A stretch of 64,000 bases of DNA from Candidatus Woesearchaeota archaeon. Lineage in GTDB: Archaea; Nanobdellota; Nanobdellia; Woesearchaeales; BM511. A program made the translations under genes and the position numbers. The DNA lies in the NCBI GenBank assembly GCA_002867475.1, contig PKTL01000051.1, positions 4,640 through 68,639 of the forward strand, read 5' to 3'. The notes beneath the pieces are model-generated. The model saw only the letters and a program-made list of their open reading frames with translations, did not search any database and was not told where the DNA came from. Of this stretch, positions 9,419 to 18,579 are shown one piece after another; position 1 is the first letter of the stretch, and every line of letters begins with the position of its first letter.

Positions 9419-10607
9419 GACAAAAATTGATAGGACGCCTCTTTCAGGTGCTGAAAGCGTAGCTCAAGCTATGAGACAAATAAATCCCGAAGTTGTTGCA
9501 GCATATCCAATAACCCCACAAACAGGGATTATGCATGCTTTTACAGCATTTGTAAATGATGGTGATGTTGATACTGAAATGATAAGGGTTGAATCAGAAC
9601 ATAGTGCTATGAGCGCCACTCTTGGTGCTAGTGCTGCAGGAGTTCGTGCAATTACAGCTACTTCCAGTAATGGTCTTGCTTTAATGCATGAAATAGTGTA
9701 TATCGCTGCATCAACAAGATTACCTATTGTAATGCCAGTAGTGAACAGAGCACTTAGTGGACCTATCAATATACATTGCGATCATTCAGATACTATGGCT
9801 GAACGTGATAGTGGTTGGGTTCAAATCTATTGTGAAAACAACCAAGAAGCGTATGAAATGACACTTCTTGCAATAAGGCTTGCTGAACACAAAGATATAC
9901 TTCTTCCAGTAATGGTATGTCAAGATGGTTTTATAACAAGCCATGGTGTTGAAGGTGTTAAATTATATAAGGATTCAATTGTGAAGAAATTCCTTGGCAA
10001 ATATAAACCAAAACATCCTCTTTTAGATACTAAAAACCCTATAACTATTGGCCCATTAGATTTTTATGATTATTATTTTGAACATAAAAGACAGCAAAGT
10101 GAAGCAATTCATAATGTCAGAAAAGTTTTCCCAAAACTCGTTAAAGAGTTTAAGAAAATTTCAGGAAAGGATTATGGTTTTATTGAAAGCTATATGATGG
10201 ATGATGCAAAAGAAGCTATAGTTGTTATGAGTAGCAGCGCAGGTACTACAAAAGAAGTAGTGGATCGATTAAGAAAAGAAGGAAGAAAGGTTGGAATGGT
10301 CAAGATAAGAATGTTTAGACCTTTCCCTATTTCAGAGATCAAAGAAGTTTTGAAAGGTGTTGATATCGTTGCGGTTCTTGACAGGGTTGAGAGTTTTGGC
10401 GCTGTTGGAGGACCTTTATTCAATGAGATAAGAAGCTCATTGTATGATTACAATAATAAACCCAAGATTGTTAATTATGTTTTTGGGCTTGGAGGACGAA
10501 GCTATACTCCTGAGCTTGGAAGACAGGTTTTTGATGAGATAAGTAAAGATAAAAACTCTAAGGATTATGAGCATAATCTTGTGAGATATCTTGTGGTGAG
10601 GAATTGA
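9408..10607 (+). CDS. porA: pyruvate:ferredoxin oxidoreductase alpha subunit
   Basis: 399 aa; conserved PorA N-terminus (AAYPITPQT...) and operon position. Confidence 0.85.
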   Translation: MMSKTKIDRTPLSGAESVAQAMRQINPEVVAAYPITPQTGIMHAFTAFVNDGDVDTEMIRVESEHSAMSATLGASAAGVRAITATSSNGLALMHEIVYIAASTRLPIVMPVVNRALSGPINIHCDHSDTMAERDSGWVQIYCENNQEAYEMTLLAIRLAEHKDILLPVMVCQDGFITSHGVEGVKLYKDSIVKKFLGKYKPKHPLLDTKNPITIGPLDFYDYYFEHKRQQSEAIHNVRKVFPKLVKEFKKISGKDYGFIESYMMDDAKEAIVVMSSSAGTTKEVVDRLRKEGRKVGMVKIRMFRPFPISEIKEVLKGVDIVAVLDRVESFGAVGGPLFNEIRSSLYDYNNKPKIVNYVFGLGGRSYTPELGRQVFDEISKDKNSKDYEHNLVRYLVVRN

Positions 10608-11560
10608 AAATGGTTGACACAAAAGAGATAAAGATCAAAAACTTAAAAGAATTATCTAAACAAAAAGAAAGGCTTGCTCCCGGCCATAGGATGTGCCCAG
10701 GTTGTGGTGCTGCAATAATTGCAAGAATGATAATGCATTCTACTGAAAATGAGATAGTTGTTGCAAATGCCACTGGTTGTTTAGAAGTTTCTACAACCAT
10801 ATATCCTTATACTAGTTGGAGAGTTCCTTGGATACATAACGCTTTTGAAAATGCAGCTGCAACGCTTAGCGGTGTAGAGACAGCTTTTAGGTCACTCAAG
10901 AAAAAAAATAAGACAAAAAAAGATATCAAGTTCTTAGCTTTTGGAGGGGACGGTGGAACCTATGATATAGGCCTTCAATCGCTTTCAGCTGCGCTTGAAA
11001 GAGGGCATGATTTTGTTTATGTTTGCTATGATAATGAAGCTTATATGAATACAGGGATCCAAAGAAGCAGTGCTACTCCTTATGGTGCAAGTACAAAGAC
11101 GGATCCTGCTGGAAAGGTTAGGCCTGGTAAGCTTGAGTTCAAAAAAGATTTGATGGAAGTTGTTGCTGGTCATGGTATTCCTTATCTTGCGCAAGCTAGT
11201 CCTCATAACTGGGCTGATCTTATGAAGAAAGCAAAAAAAGCTTTTGAGACTCCTGGACCTGCCTTTTTACTAGTCCTTAGTCCTTGTATTCCTGGTTGGG
11301 GTATGCCTAATAATAAGACTATTGAGATTGCAAAGCTCGCAGTTGATACTAATTTTTGGCCATTATATGAAATTGAGAAAGGAAAATATACTTTGAATTA
11401 TGATCCTAAGGATAAAGCGAAACCTATCATTGAATGGTTAAAATCTCAAAATAGATTCAAACATCTGCTTCTTCCTAAAAATTCAAGTATGATCCAAACT
11501 ATTCAAGATCATGCAGATAAAAAAATGAATTATCTCAGGATGAGGGCAAACGAAAAGTGA
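10604..11560 (+). CDS. porB: pyruvate:ferredoxin oxidoreductase beta subunit (TPP-binding)
   Basis: CPGCG plus GDG TPP-binding motif FGGDGGTYDIG; 318 aa. Confidence 0.85.
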   Translation: MKMVDTKEIKIKNLKELSKQKERLAPGHRMCPGCGAAIIARMIMHSTENEIVVANATGCLEVSTTIYPYTSWRVPWIHNAFENAAATLSGVETAFRSLKKKNKTKKDIKFLAFGGDGGTYDIGLQSLSAALERGHDFVYVCYDNEAYMNTGIQRSSATPYGASTKTDPAGKVRPGKLEFKKDLMEVVAGHGIPYLAQASPHNWADLMKKAKKAFETPGPAFLLVLSPCIPGWGMPNNKTIEIAKLAVDTNFWPLYEIEKGKYTLNYDPKDKAKPIIEWLKSQNRFKHLLLPKNSSMIQTIQDHADKKMNYLRMRANEK

Positions 11561-12204
11561 AACTGCTAGATCAAGATTCAACATTAAAACTGCTTAAAAA
11601 ATATAAGATACCTATTGCTAAGTCTAAAGTGTGTAAAAATCTTGAAGAATGTAAAAAGTTTTCAAAACAAAATGGTTTTCCAGTTGCAGTCAAGATAGAT
11701 AGTCCCGATATAGTTCATAAATCTGATGTTGGTGCTGTAAAAATAGGCATAAACAATGAAACTGATCTAAAAAAAGCGTATACTGGGATCATCTCTAACT
11801 GTAAAAAGTTCAAGAAAGATTTTTCTATGAATGGTATGCTTATACAAAAGCAATATGATGGGCATAATTTATTAGTCGGAATGAAAAGAGATGCTACTTT
11901 TGGTCCTGTTATAGTTTTTGGTATAGGAGGAGTAACTGTTGAACTTTTGAAGGATGTTAGTAGAAAGATTGCACCAATAACAAAGACTCAAGCCAAAGAG
12001 ATGGTCAAAGAGATAAAAATGTATAAGATCCTGGAAGGTTATCGTGGAGAAAAAGGCGCTCACATAGATTCATTGGTTAGCATTTTGCTAAAACTTAGCA
12101 TGTTATCTATGGAAAATGAAAAAGTGATGGAAATAGATTTTAATCCAATAATAAGTAATGATAAAAAAAGTGTTATTGTCGATGCTAGGGTGATGATAAA
12201 ATGA
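11557..12204 (+). CDS. acdB: acetyl-CoA synthetase (ADP-forming) beta subunit (ATP-grasp)
   Basis: 215-aa ATP-grasp-like subunit overlapping porB and acdA by 4 nt; ACD beta-like sequence. Confidence 0.7.
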   Translation: MKLLDQDSTLKLLKKYKIPIAKSKVCKNLEECKKFSKQNGFPVAVKIDSPDIVHKSDVGAVKIGINNETDLKKAYTGIISNCKKFKKDFSMNGMLIQKQYDGHNLLVGMKRDATFGPVIVFGIGGVTVELLKDVSRKIAPITKTQAKEMVKEIKMYKILEGYRGEKGAHIDSLVSILLKLSMLSMENEKVMEIDFNPIISNDKKSVIVDARVMIK

Positions 12205-13613
12205 CTAAGAAAAATCTTGATCAATTATTTGAGCCTAAATCTATAGCCGTGATTGGAGCTTCACGAAAACCTCATAGTGTTGGGCACGGCATAGTTCTTA
12301 GCCTGCTTAAAGGAGGTGTTTTTTCTTCGCATGATAATGTGGCATTTAAAGGAAAGCTTTTTTTGGTTAACCCTAATGCTAAAAGTATTCTTGGATATAA
12401 CTGCTATGATAGCGTTTTGGATATTGATTTAGATATTGATCTTGCAATCATATGTATTCCAGCTAGATTTGTTGTTCAAGCAATGAGGGAATGTGCTGTA
12501 AAGAAAGTTAAAAATATTATTATTATCAGTGCAGGTTTTAGTGAGATTGGAGGTGTTGGAGTTAAGCTGCAAGAAGAGGTTGTTCATATTGCAAAAAATA
12601 ATAATATGAGTGTCGTTGGTCCTAACTGTCTTGGAGTAATACGTCCGGGTGTTTTCAACGCTAGTTTTGCACCTTGCATGCCACCGAAAGGAGCTGTTGC
12701 TTTTATCAGTCAAAGCGGCGCTCTTGCTGATAGTATTATTGATTGGAGCGTTGATAATAGATATGGTATGAGCACAGTCATCAGCTATGGTAATAAGGCG
12801 GATATGGATGCACATGATTATATGAGATGGCTAAAGGATGATGAAGATACTAAAAGCATCGCATTATATCTTGAAGGTCTTACTGATGGAAAAGAATTCA
12901 TGAAAGTGGCAAAAGAAGTCACTAAGAAAAAACCAGTTATTGTATTGAAAGGAGGTCGTACTGCTAATGGACAAAAGGCTATAAGCAGCCATACAGGTAG
13001 CCTTGCTGGTAGTTTTGAAGTTTATAAGACTGCTTTTGACCAATCAGGAGTCATTGTTGCTGAAACTGTTGAGGATCTTTTTGATCTTGCAAAAGTGATG
13101 GCTTGTCAACCTGGAGCAAAGAAGAATTCTGTTGCTATCATAACAAATGGTGGTGGTGCTGGCGTTCTTTGCTCAGATTATTGTTATGAATTAGGTGTGA
13201 ATCTTGCTGAACTTAAAGAATCAACATTGAAGAAGCTTGATAATACAAAGCTTATGCATCCAGCTTATAGTAGGCGTAATCCTTTAGATATTGTTGGAGA
13301 TGCTTTGCCTAGTCGTTATGCTGCTGCTCTTGACATCTTACTTGGTGAGGATTATATTTCAGGCGTGATTGTTATGCAAACTTTACAGACAATGACTGAC
13401 CCTTTAGCGAACGCAGAGATTATTGCTGCTGCTAAGAAAAAGTATCCTGACAAACCAATCATTTGTACTTATATGGGTGGAAAGTTCACTAGTCGTGGAA
13501 TGAAATATCTTGATGAACATAATATTCCTGATTATAATGATCCTAGAAAAGCAGCTCGTGCAATGTGGGCACTGATACAGAAAGGTAAAATTGTCAAAGA
13601 AACGCTTAAATAA
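12201..13613 (+). CDS. acdA: acetyl-CoA synthetase (ADP-forming) alpha subunit (CoA-binding / succinyl-CoA-synthetase-like)
   Basis: N-terminal CoA-binding fold (SIAVIGAS...) and a ligase-CoA domain; 470 aa as in archaeal ACD alpha. Confidence 0.75.
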   Translation: MTKKNLDQLFEPKSIAVIGASRKPHSVGHGIVLSLLKGGVFSSHDNVAFKGKLFLVNPNAKSILGYNCYDSVLDIDLDIDLAIICIPARFVVQAMRECAVKKVKNIIIISAGFSEIGGVGVKLQEEVVHIAKNNNMSVVGPNCLGVIRPGVFNASFAPCMPPKGAVAFISQSGALADSIIDWSVDNRYGMSTVISYGNKADMDAHDYMRWLKDDEDTKSIALYLEGLTDGKEFMKVAKEVTKKKPVIVLKGGRTANGQKAISSHTGSLAGSFEVYKTAFDQSGVIVAETVEDLFDLAKVMACQPGAKKNSVAIITNGGGAGVLCSDYCYELGVNLAELKESTLKKLDNTKLMHPAYSRRNPLDIVGDALPSRYAAALDILLGEDYISGVIVMQTLQTMTDPLANAEIIAAAKKKYPDKPIICTYMGGKFTSRGMKYLDEHNIPDYNDPRKAARAMWALIQKGKIVKETLK

Positions 13614-13634
13614 TAATTCTCATTTGTCGCATTT

Positions 13635-14225
13635 ATGCCTAGTGAATATTTGATTCCAGAAGAGATCAAAGAAAAAACACAGATCGCTTTTGACAAAGCC
13701 AATAAAAATCTAGAAGAACCTCTAATCCATCAAGCTTCTATTACTTATTTTACACCTCACATTTTCAAGTTTAAACATTTCTATTCTAATGATAGGTCGC
13801 ATATATCCTTATATTTCACACTTGATGGCTTAGAAAAAGAGAATTTACCTTTTGATATAAATGATAAGGAAAAGAAAAAAGATGAGATTCATGATCTTAC
13901 TCAAATAATTTTTCAGATGGATTTTCCTAATAAAAAAATAAAAGAAGTTGAATGTAGGACTCTTGGAATAATTAGTCCTAAAGAGCAAATAGATATTATA
14001 TCACCTCACATGCTTGAGTATTTGATTAAGCTAGATTATGATCCTTCAGGGTTAAAATATGGAAGTGTTGAATGTTTTGATTTTGCTACAAAAATGATGA
14101 AATCATCTCTTAATAAGTATCCTTTGATAAAGGATCATTTGACACATCCTGAAAAGTTGAATTCAGAAAAAGATTCTTTTTGGAAAGGTCTTGGAAAATT
14201 ATTTCTTGATATTGCAAAACCCTAA
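13635..14225 (+). CDS. hypothetical protein
   Basis: 196-aa ORF with no overlap and no motif I recognise. Confidence 0.4.
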   Translation: MPSEYLIPEEIKEKTQIAFDKANKNLEEPLIHQASITYFTPHIFKFKHFYSNDRSHISLYFTLDGLEKENLPFDINDKEKKKDEIHDLTQIIFQMDFPNKKIKEVECRTLGIISPKEQIDIISPHMLEYLIKLDYDPSGLKYGSVECFDFATKMMKSSLNKYPLIKDHLTHPEKLNSEKDSFWKGLGKLFLDIAKP

Positions 14226-14362
14226 TTTATTTTTTTCATATAAAATAAACTTCAATTTTTGCAAGCAAAATATTAACTTATGAAGCTTTAAGCTTCAAAC
14301 TTACATTTTTACTGGTGTAAAAATAGTAACCTTTAAAAACAAACTCAGATTTCTCAATTTCT

Positions 14363-14674
14363 ATGCAGAAAGCAAGAATCAAATTAGCGAGTATTGACAT
14401 CCACAAGATCAATGAGACTTGTGATTTCATAAAAGATATTGCTGATAAGACAGGAGTAGAGATGAGAGGACCAATCCCATTACCTACCAAGAAGATGAAG
14501 CTTACTACCAGAAAAAGCCCTTGTGGTGATGGTACAGCAACTTGGGAAAGGTATGAGATGAGAGTCCACAAAAGACTTATCGATCTTGGAATTGATGATA
14601 GAGCTTTAAGGATGGTTATGAGAGTACCTATCCCAGAAGGTTTGAACATCGAAATCGAAATGATCGAAGCTTAA
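14363..14674 (+). CDS. rps10: 30S ribosomal protein S10 (uS10), archaeal type
   Basis: [24 protein letters not shown]...[10 protein letters not shown] signature. Confidence 0.85.
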   Translation: MQKARIKLASIDIHKINETCDFIKDIADKTGVEMRGPIPLPTKKMKLTTRKSPCGDGTATWERYEMRVHKRLIDLGIDDRALRMVMRVPIPEGLNIEIEMIEA

Positions 14675-14778
14675 GCATTTATTTGCTTATTTTCCCCACC
14701 ACTCAAAAAAACTTTTACAATCCTCCTATCTTAACGGAAGATTTTCTTAAATTTATTTCTAAAATTTTAAAAAAAAAA

Positions 14779-15189
14779 TTATAAATTGCTATTAAGTTGA
14801 ATATATATTTCTTGAAGATAAAAAATTAGGTCTTGAATATGTTCATATTCAATAATAAAATCAGATATACCTCTTGTTGTGTCTTTTATTTTTGTTCCTT
14901 TTTTCATAATAGAAATTATCTTTTTGTTTTGTGCAAATGCTATTCCTGCTTCTATTGCTCGCCCAGTTGGTTTACTAGTCATATCTATCAATAGAATATC
15001 GCATTTTTCTATCTCTTCTTTTGCTCGCTTCATCAATTCTTTTGGATCATGGAAGACTTTTTGATAGTTCTCTATATCTCTTATGAATGAAAAATCTTCA
15101 AAACCGCTTTCTCTTACTATTTCACATAATTTTTCTATCTCTTTTCTGTTTTCTCCATTCTTAAACGATGAAGTGATAAATATTTTCAT
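14779..15189 (-). CDS. nucleoside 2-deoxyribosyltransferase-like / MTH538-like Rossmann-fold protein
   Basis: KIFITSSF start strand, CDILLIDMT, and a GT..E.G-like motif PTGRAIEAGIAF typical of the NDT-like fold. Confidence 0.4.
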   Translation of the reverse strand: MKIFITSSFKNGENRKEIEKLCEIVRESGFEDFSFIRDIENYQKVFHDPKELMKRAKEEIEKCDILLIDMTSKPTGRAIEAGIAFAQNKKIISIMKKGTKIKDTTRGISDFIIEYEHIQDLIFYLQEIYIQLNSNL

Positions 15190-15271
15190 AATATATTCTC
15201 CATTCTTTTTTTATTTAAAATTTCCTAATATTTCCATTAATTACTTAAACAATTAACCTAACTCCAGTGTT

Positions 15272-15928
15272 ATGGCTTTGTATATTGTTGCTACACCAAT
15301 AGGGAACCTCGAAGATATGACTTACAGAGCAGTGCGAGTTTTAAGTGAAGTTGGTGGTGTTGTTAGTGAAGATACTAGACGAACAGGGTTACTCCTAAAA
15401 CATTATAACATTCCAAAAAAAGAATTTATTAGCTTTAATGACCATAATGCTAAAAGACAGACTCCAAAGATAATAGAACTGTTACTAGAAGGAAAAGATA
15501 TCGCTTTTACTAGCGATGCTGGAACTCCAGGGATAAGCGATCCTGGATTTTATCTGATAAGAGAAGCGGTTGCTAATAATATACAAATAGTTCCAATTCC
15601 GGGGGCTGTTGCAGCAATCAATGGATTAATTGGTAGCGGTCTACCCATAGACAAGTTCTTCTTCTATGGTTTTTTACCTAAAACAAGCGGTAAAAAACTT
15701 GATGCATTAAAATTAAGCAATGATTTTACTGTCGCGTATTATGAAAGCCCCCACAGGATAAAAAAAACTCTTGAACTCCTTTCTAAAGAAATGCCAGAAG
15801 TAAATGTTTGTGTTGCTAGAGAACTCACAAAGAAGTTTGAGGAGTTCATCAGAGGAAAACCTGAAGAGATTCTAAAAGTCGCCGATAAGATTAAAGGAGA
15901 GATAGTATTGATTCTTAGTTCTAAGTAA
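15272..15928 (+). CDS. rsmI: tetrapyrrole-methylase-family rRNA small-subunit methyltransferase I-like (RsmI-like)
   Basis: LYIVATPIGNLEDMTYRAVRVLSEVGGVVSEDTRRTG closely matches the bacterial RsmI N-terminus; the protein is short at 218 aa. Confidence 0.55.
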   Translation: MALYIVATPIGNLEDMTYRAVRVLSEVGGVVSEDTRRTGLLLKHYNIPKKEFISFNDHNAKRQTPKIIELLLEGKDIAFTSDAGTPGISDPGFYLIREAVANNIQIVPIPGAVAAINGLIGSGLPIDKFFFYGFLPKTSGKKLDALKLSNDFTVAYYESPHRIKKTLELLSKEMPEVNVCVARELTKKFEEFIRGKPEEILKVADKIKGEIVLILSSK

Positions 15929-15970
15929 GTAAATTTTATAAAGAAGTCACCATTTCATTTTTTTAATATT

Positions 15971-16079
15971 GCCACGATGGGACAATCTGGTACTCCGACA
16001 GACTGGAAATTGTTGTTTTCCAACTCTAGGTATCTGTTTTGCTTTGCATATCCCGGTTCAAATCCGGGTCGTGGCGCCA
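15971..16079 (+). tRNA. tRNA gene with a non-canonical intron (~33 nt extra), encoded CCA; possible anticodon GAA (Phe) from a CAGAC-UGGAAAU-UGUUG arm, but anticodon not firmly assigned
   Basis: 5' GCCACGA pairs with 3' TCGTGGC followed by discriminator G and CCA; perfect T-arm CCCGG-TTCAAAT-CCGGG; D-loop AATCTGGTA; a TATA-like AAATTTTATAAAG lies ~30 nt upstream. Confidence 0.6.
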
Positions 16080-16081
16080 TT

Positions 16082-16135
16082 TCTTATTAAATTAAATGTG
16101 AAATCTAAAAGGATTTGAATCGTCCCGGTTCATGT
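16082..16135 (+). repeat. 54-bp direct repeat, copy 1 (TCTTATTAAATTAAATGTGAAATCTAAAAGGATTTGAATCGTCCCGGTTCATGT)
   Basis: Identical 54-mer recurs at 18759..18812; it contains the T-stem 5' strand plus TTCA, identical to the tRNA at 15971. Confidence 0.8.
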
Positions 16136-16203
16136 ACGAATTATTTTACAATTCGACACACAGAAGAGTAAAACTCTTCTAGTGAATCCGGGTCGTGGCG
16201 TCA
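16124..16203 (+). other. tRNA 3'-end-like module: T-stem CCCGG / TTCA / ~52-nt structured insert / AAT / CCGGG / TCGTGGC-G-TCA (acceptor 3' strand identical to the tRNA at 15971); no matching 5' half nearby
   Basis: The insert carries two strong hairpins (CGAATT..AATTCG; AGAAGAGT..ACTCTTCT), consistent with a T-loop intron or an att-site remnant. Confidence 0.4.
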
Positions 16204-16353
16204 TTTATCTTTTGTTTATATACTCTCATCTAACTCGGACCAGTTTCCGTACTTTTTACAAATTTCTAAAATGTTATTCTAAAAAGAAATAGGTCGCCAT
16301 CATATATAAACGGATGTCGGATGTGAGGCATCACTAAGACACCTTTTAAAAAA

Positions 16354-17460
16354 TTATTTTAGTAATTGGACATTATAACAAGCTCTATCCATAAATTTAT
16401 ATTTTTCACTTGGTTTACCAACAAGTATTTTTTGTCCGACTAATTCTTTAACTTCTTCTCTAGGCATAACTCCAAAATCCACATAAATAGTTCCTTCTCT
16501 AGTATGAGCACCATATACTTTTCTTTCACCGCTAAAGAAATCATGTATTTCATACGCTAATAAAACAATTTCTAAACCTTCATTTAACTTTGAAAGGTCT
16601 TGTTGCCAATTAAAATTTCTAGCCCAATTAATGTATGCTGATTCAATCATAGAAGCAGTAAAAGAAGTATATGAATCAGGTAAACTTCTAACTTTTTCAA
16701 AAATTTTTTTCTGTTCTTCTGAAGAAAATTCAGTTTTTGCGCCAATATCAGCAAATCTAACAATATAATTTCTTTCATTACACTCTTCTATAGTTGGTTC
16801 TTCAGGTTCTGTATTATTAATTGCATAAAACAGTTCCCTCATAGCATTTTTTCCGAGAATGACATTTCTTGCAGCGGCTGCAAAACCTCGTGGACCATCA
16901 TATTCGCCCCAACTTCTAACTAAATCTTCATCCATTGATTCACAAACTTGGTCTAAATCTAAAATCATTGATTTATTTCTACTAGACCAATTATGAAATA
17001 TTTTTTGAACACCTTTTTTAATTAAGGGAATAGAATCATAGTTAGGTTCATTTCTCGATGCTATATTTTTGTAATTTGGATCAAAATATTTTATAAAATC
17101 AATAATCGCCCATTCTTCTTGAGATATTTCTGTAGGTTTTTCTCTTAAATATTCAAAATCTCTATGAGTGCATTCACCCAATAAATTTTCTAAATATCTC
17201 GCAACTAATAATTTTTCCCTCTTTTCAATTGGAGAAGTTGGATTTGATAGAACTTGAAAATTTCCTTTTTTTTGTGATGAACCATTACTCCAATAATCTA
17301 ATTTTTCTAAAATTATTTCTCTATTAAAATATAAACCAATAGGATTTAAATTCTTGTTAGTAACATCCAATACTAAATCTCCTAATTCTTCATTTAGAGA
17401 AATATTAAATTCTTCAGGACTTAAAAATGCCTTTTTTATATGAAAAACCAAATTATCCAT
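16354..17460 (-). CDS. hypothetical protein (368 aa) within the repeat-bounded segment
   Basis: Long non-overlapping ORF with no motif I recognise; a conserved ~25-nt motif lies upstream of its start. Confidence 0.5.
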   Translation of the reverse strand: MDNLVFHIKKAFLSPEEFNISLNEELGDLVLDVTNKNLNPIGLYFNREIILEKLDYWSNGSSQKKGNFQVLSNPTSPIEKREKLLVARYLENLLGECTHRDFEYLREKPTEISQEEWAIIDFIKYFDPNYKNIASRNEPNYDSIPLIKKGVQKIFHNWSSRNKSMILDLDQVCESMDEDLVRSWGEYDGPRGFAAAARNVILGKNAMRELFYAINNTEPEEPTIEECNERNYIVRFADIGAKTEFSSEEQKKIFEKVRSLPDSYTSFTASMIESAYINWARNFNWQQDLSKLNEGLEIVLLAYEIHDFFSGERKVYGAHTREGTIYVDFGVMPREEVKELVGQKILVGKPSEKYKFMDRACYNVQLLK

Positions 17461-17571
17461 ACTGTAAAAATATGTAACTACTATATAAAAGTAACTAATA
17501 CATTTATTTGCCGAGCCGAAATGGCGTTTTAATGAGGCAAGATTTATATGTCCATCAAATCTATTAACTAT

Positions 17572-18579
17572 TTAGTGCCCATATAAATTCATGAGTCTTT
17601 CAAATAAAAATTCCGTTAAAGGTATTGAATCACCCTCTCTTGACACTTCCATTAAGTCTGTAAATTCTATGTGATCTTCTGAAGGAAAATCTACAGGCGG
17701 TAAATTATTTTGAATTAGCATCCAGTTGAAAATTAATCTAGAAACTCTTCCATTTCCATCAATAAATGGATGAACCAATATGAAAGCAGAATGAAAAAGA
17801 ATTGTTTTTTCAAATAAAGATAATTTCGACTTATTATATTTATCAATAACTTCTTGAATGAGTTGCTTTATTTGTCTACCTCCTTTAGGAGGATAAAATT
17901 TTGAACCCATCATTGCTACATTTTGACCTTTTTTCCTATATTTACCTTCATTTTTTGGATTTTCTAAAGTATTTTTAGTTACAAGTTCATGCAACATTAA
18001 AATAAATTTATGATCTAACTCCCCTTTGTATGTCTCAATATATTCATAGGCTTTTACAGTATTTTCAATTTCATAAACTTCTCTCAAAGAATGAGATTTT
18101 GGGACAATACCTTTATTTAATATAAGTTCAGTCTCTTTTAAAGAGATTGTATTACCTTCAGCTTTATTTGTATTGTATGTGAATTTTATTAGAAACGATT
18201 CTCTAACTTTTTTTAAAACATCTTTATCAGTAAGTTTGATTTTTTCTTTATATTTTTCTTTAAGTGCAACAATTTTTTCAATTTGTTTAGAAGATAATAT
18301 ATTCTTTGAAAAATCTATATTCATTTCAAAAGTTTCTCTTTCAAGTTTTTCAAATAGTTTTATCTTAGTTTCAAGAAGCTTTTTCTTCTTAGTGATTAAA
18401 TATTCTAATTTTGTTTTATCAAGGTCAACACCCAAGAATACTCTAATTTTTTTATATTTAGAATCTAAATTGATAGTGTGTGCCAAATAAAAATACTTCT
18501 TTTTTCCTCTTTTTTGTATTTCTGTGTAGACCATATAATAATATATGTCCACAAAATATATAAATTTTTCTATGGACAT
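17572..18579 (-). CDS. Fic/Doc family protein (putative AMPylase / toxin-like)
   Basis: Canonical Fic motif HPFIDGNGRVSRL; N-terminal coiled-coil-rich extension. Confidence 0.8.
   Translation of the reverse strand: MSIEKFIYFVDIYYYMVYTEIQKRGKKKYFYLAHTINLDSKYKKIRVFLGVDLDKTKLEYLITKKKKLLETKIKLFEKLERETFEMNIDFSKNILSSKQIEKIVALKEKYKEKIKLTDKDVLKKVRESFLIKFTYNTNKAEGNTISLKETELILNKGIVPKSHSLREVYEIENTVKAYEYIETYKGELDHKFILMLHELVTKNTLENPKNEGKYRKKGQNVAMMGSKFYPPKGGRQIKQLIQEVIDKYNKSKLSLFEKTILFHSAFILVHPFIDGNGRVSRLIFNWMLIQNNLPPVDFPSEDHIEFTDLMEVSREGDSIPLTEFLFERLMNLYGH

Noticed and set aside
14278-14649. 123-aa minus-strand ORF antisense to rps10
   Set aside because: It completely overlaps the well-supported S10 gene on the opposite strand, so it is a shadow ORF.
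15971-16079. Firm anticodon assignment (Phe, GAA) for the first tRNA
   Set aside because: The candidate anticodon loop UGGAAAU has G at position 33 instead of the invariant U, and the ~33-nt intron position is unresolved. The assignment is left tentative.
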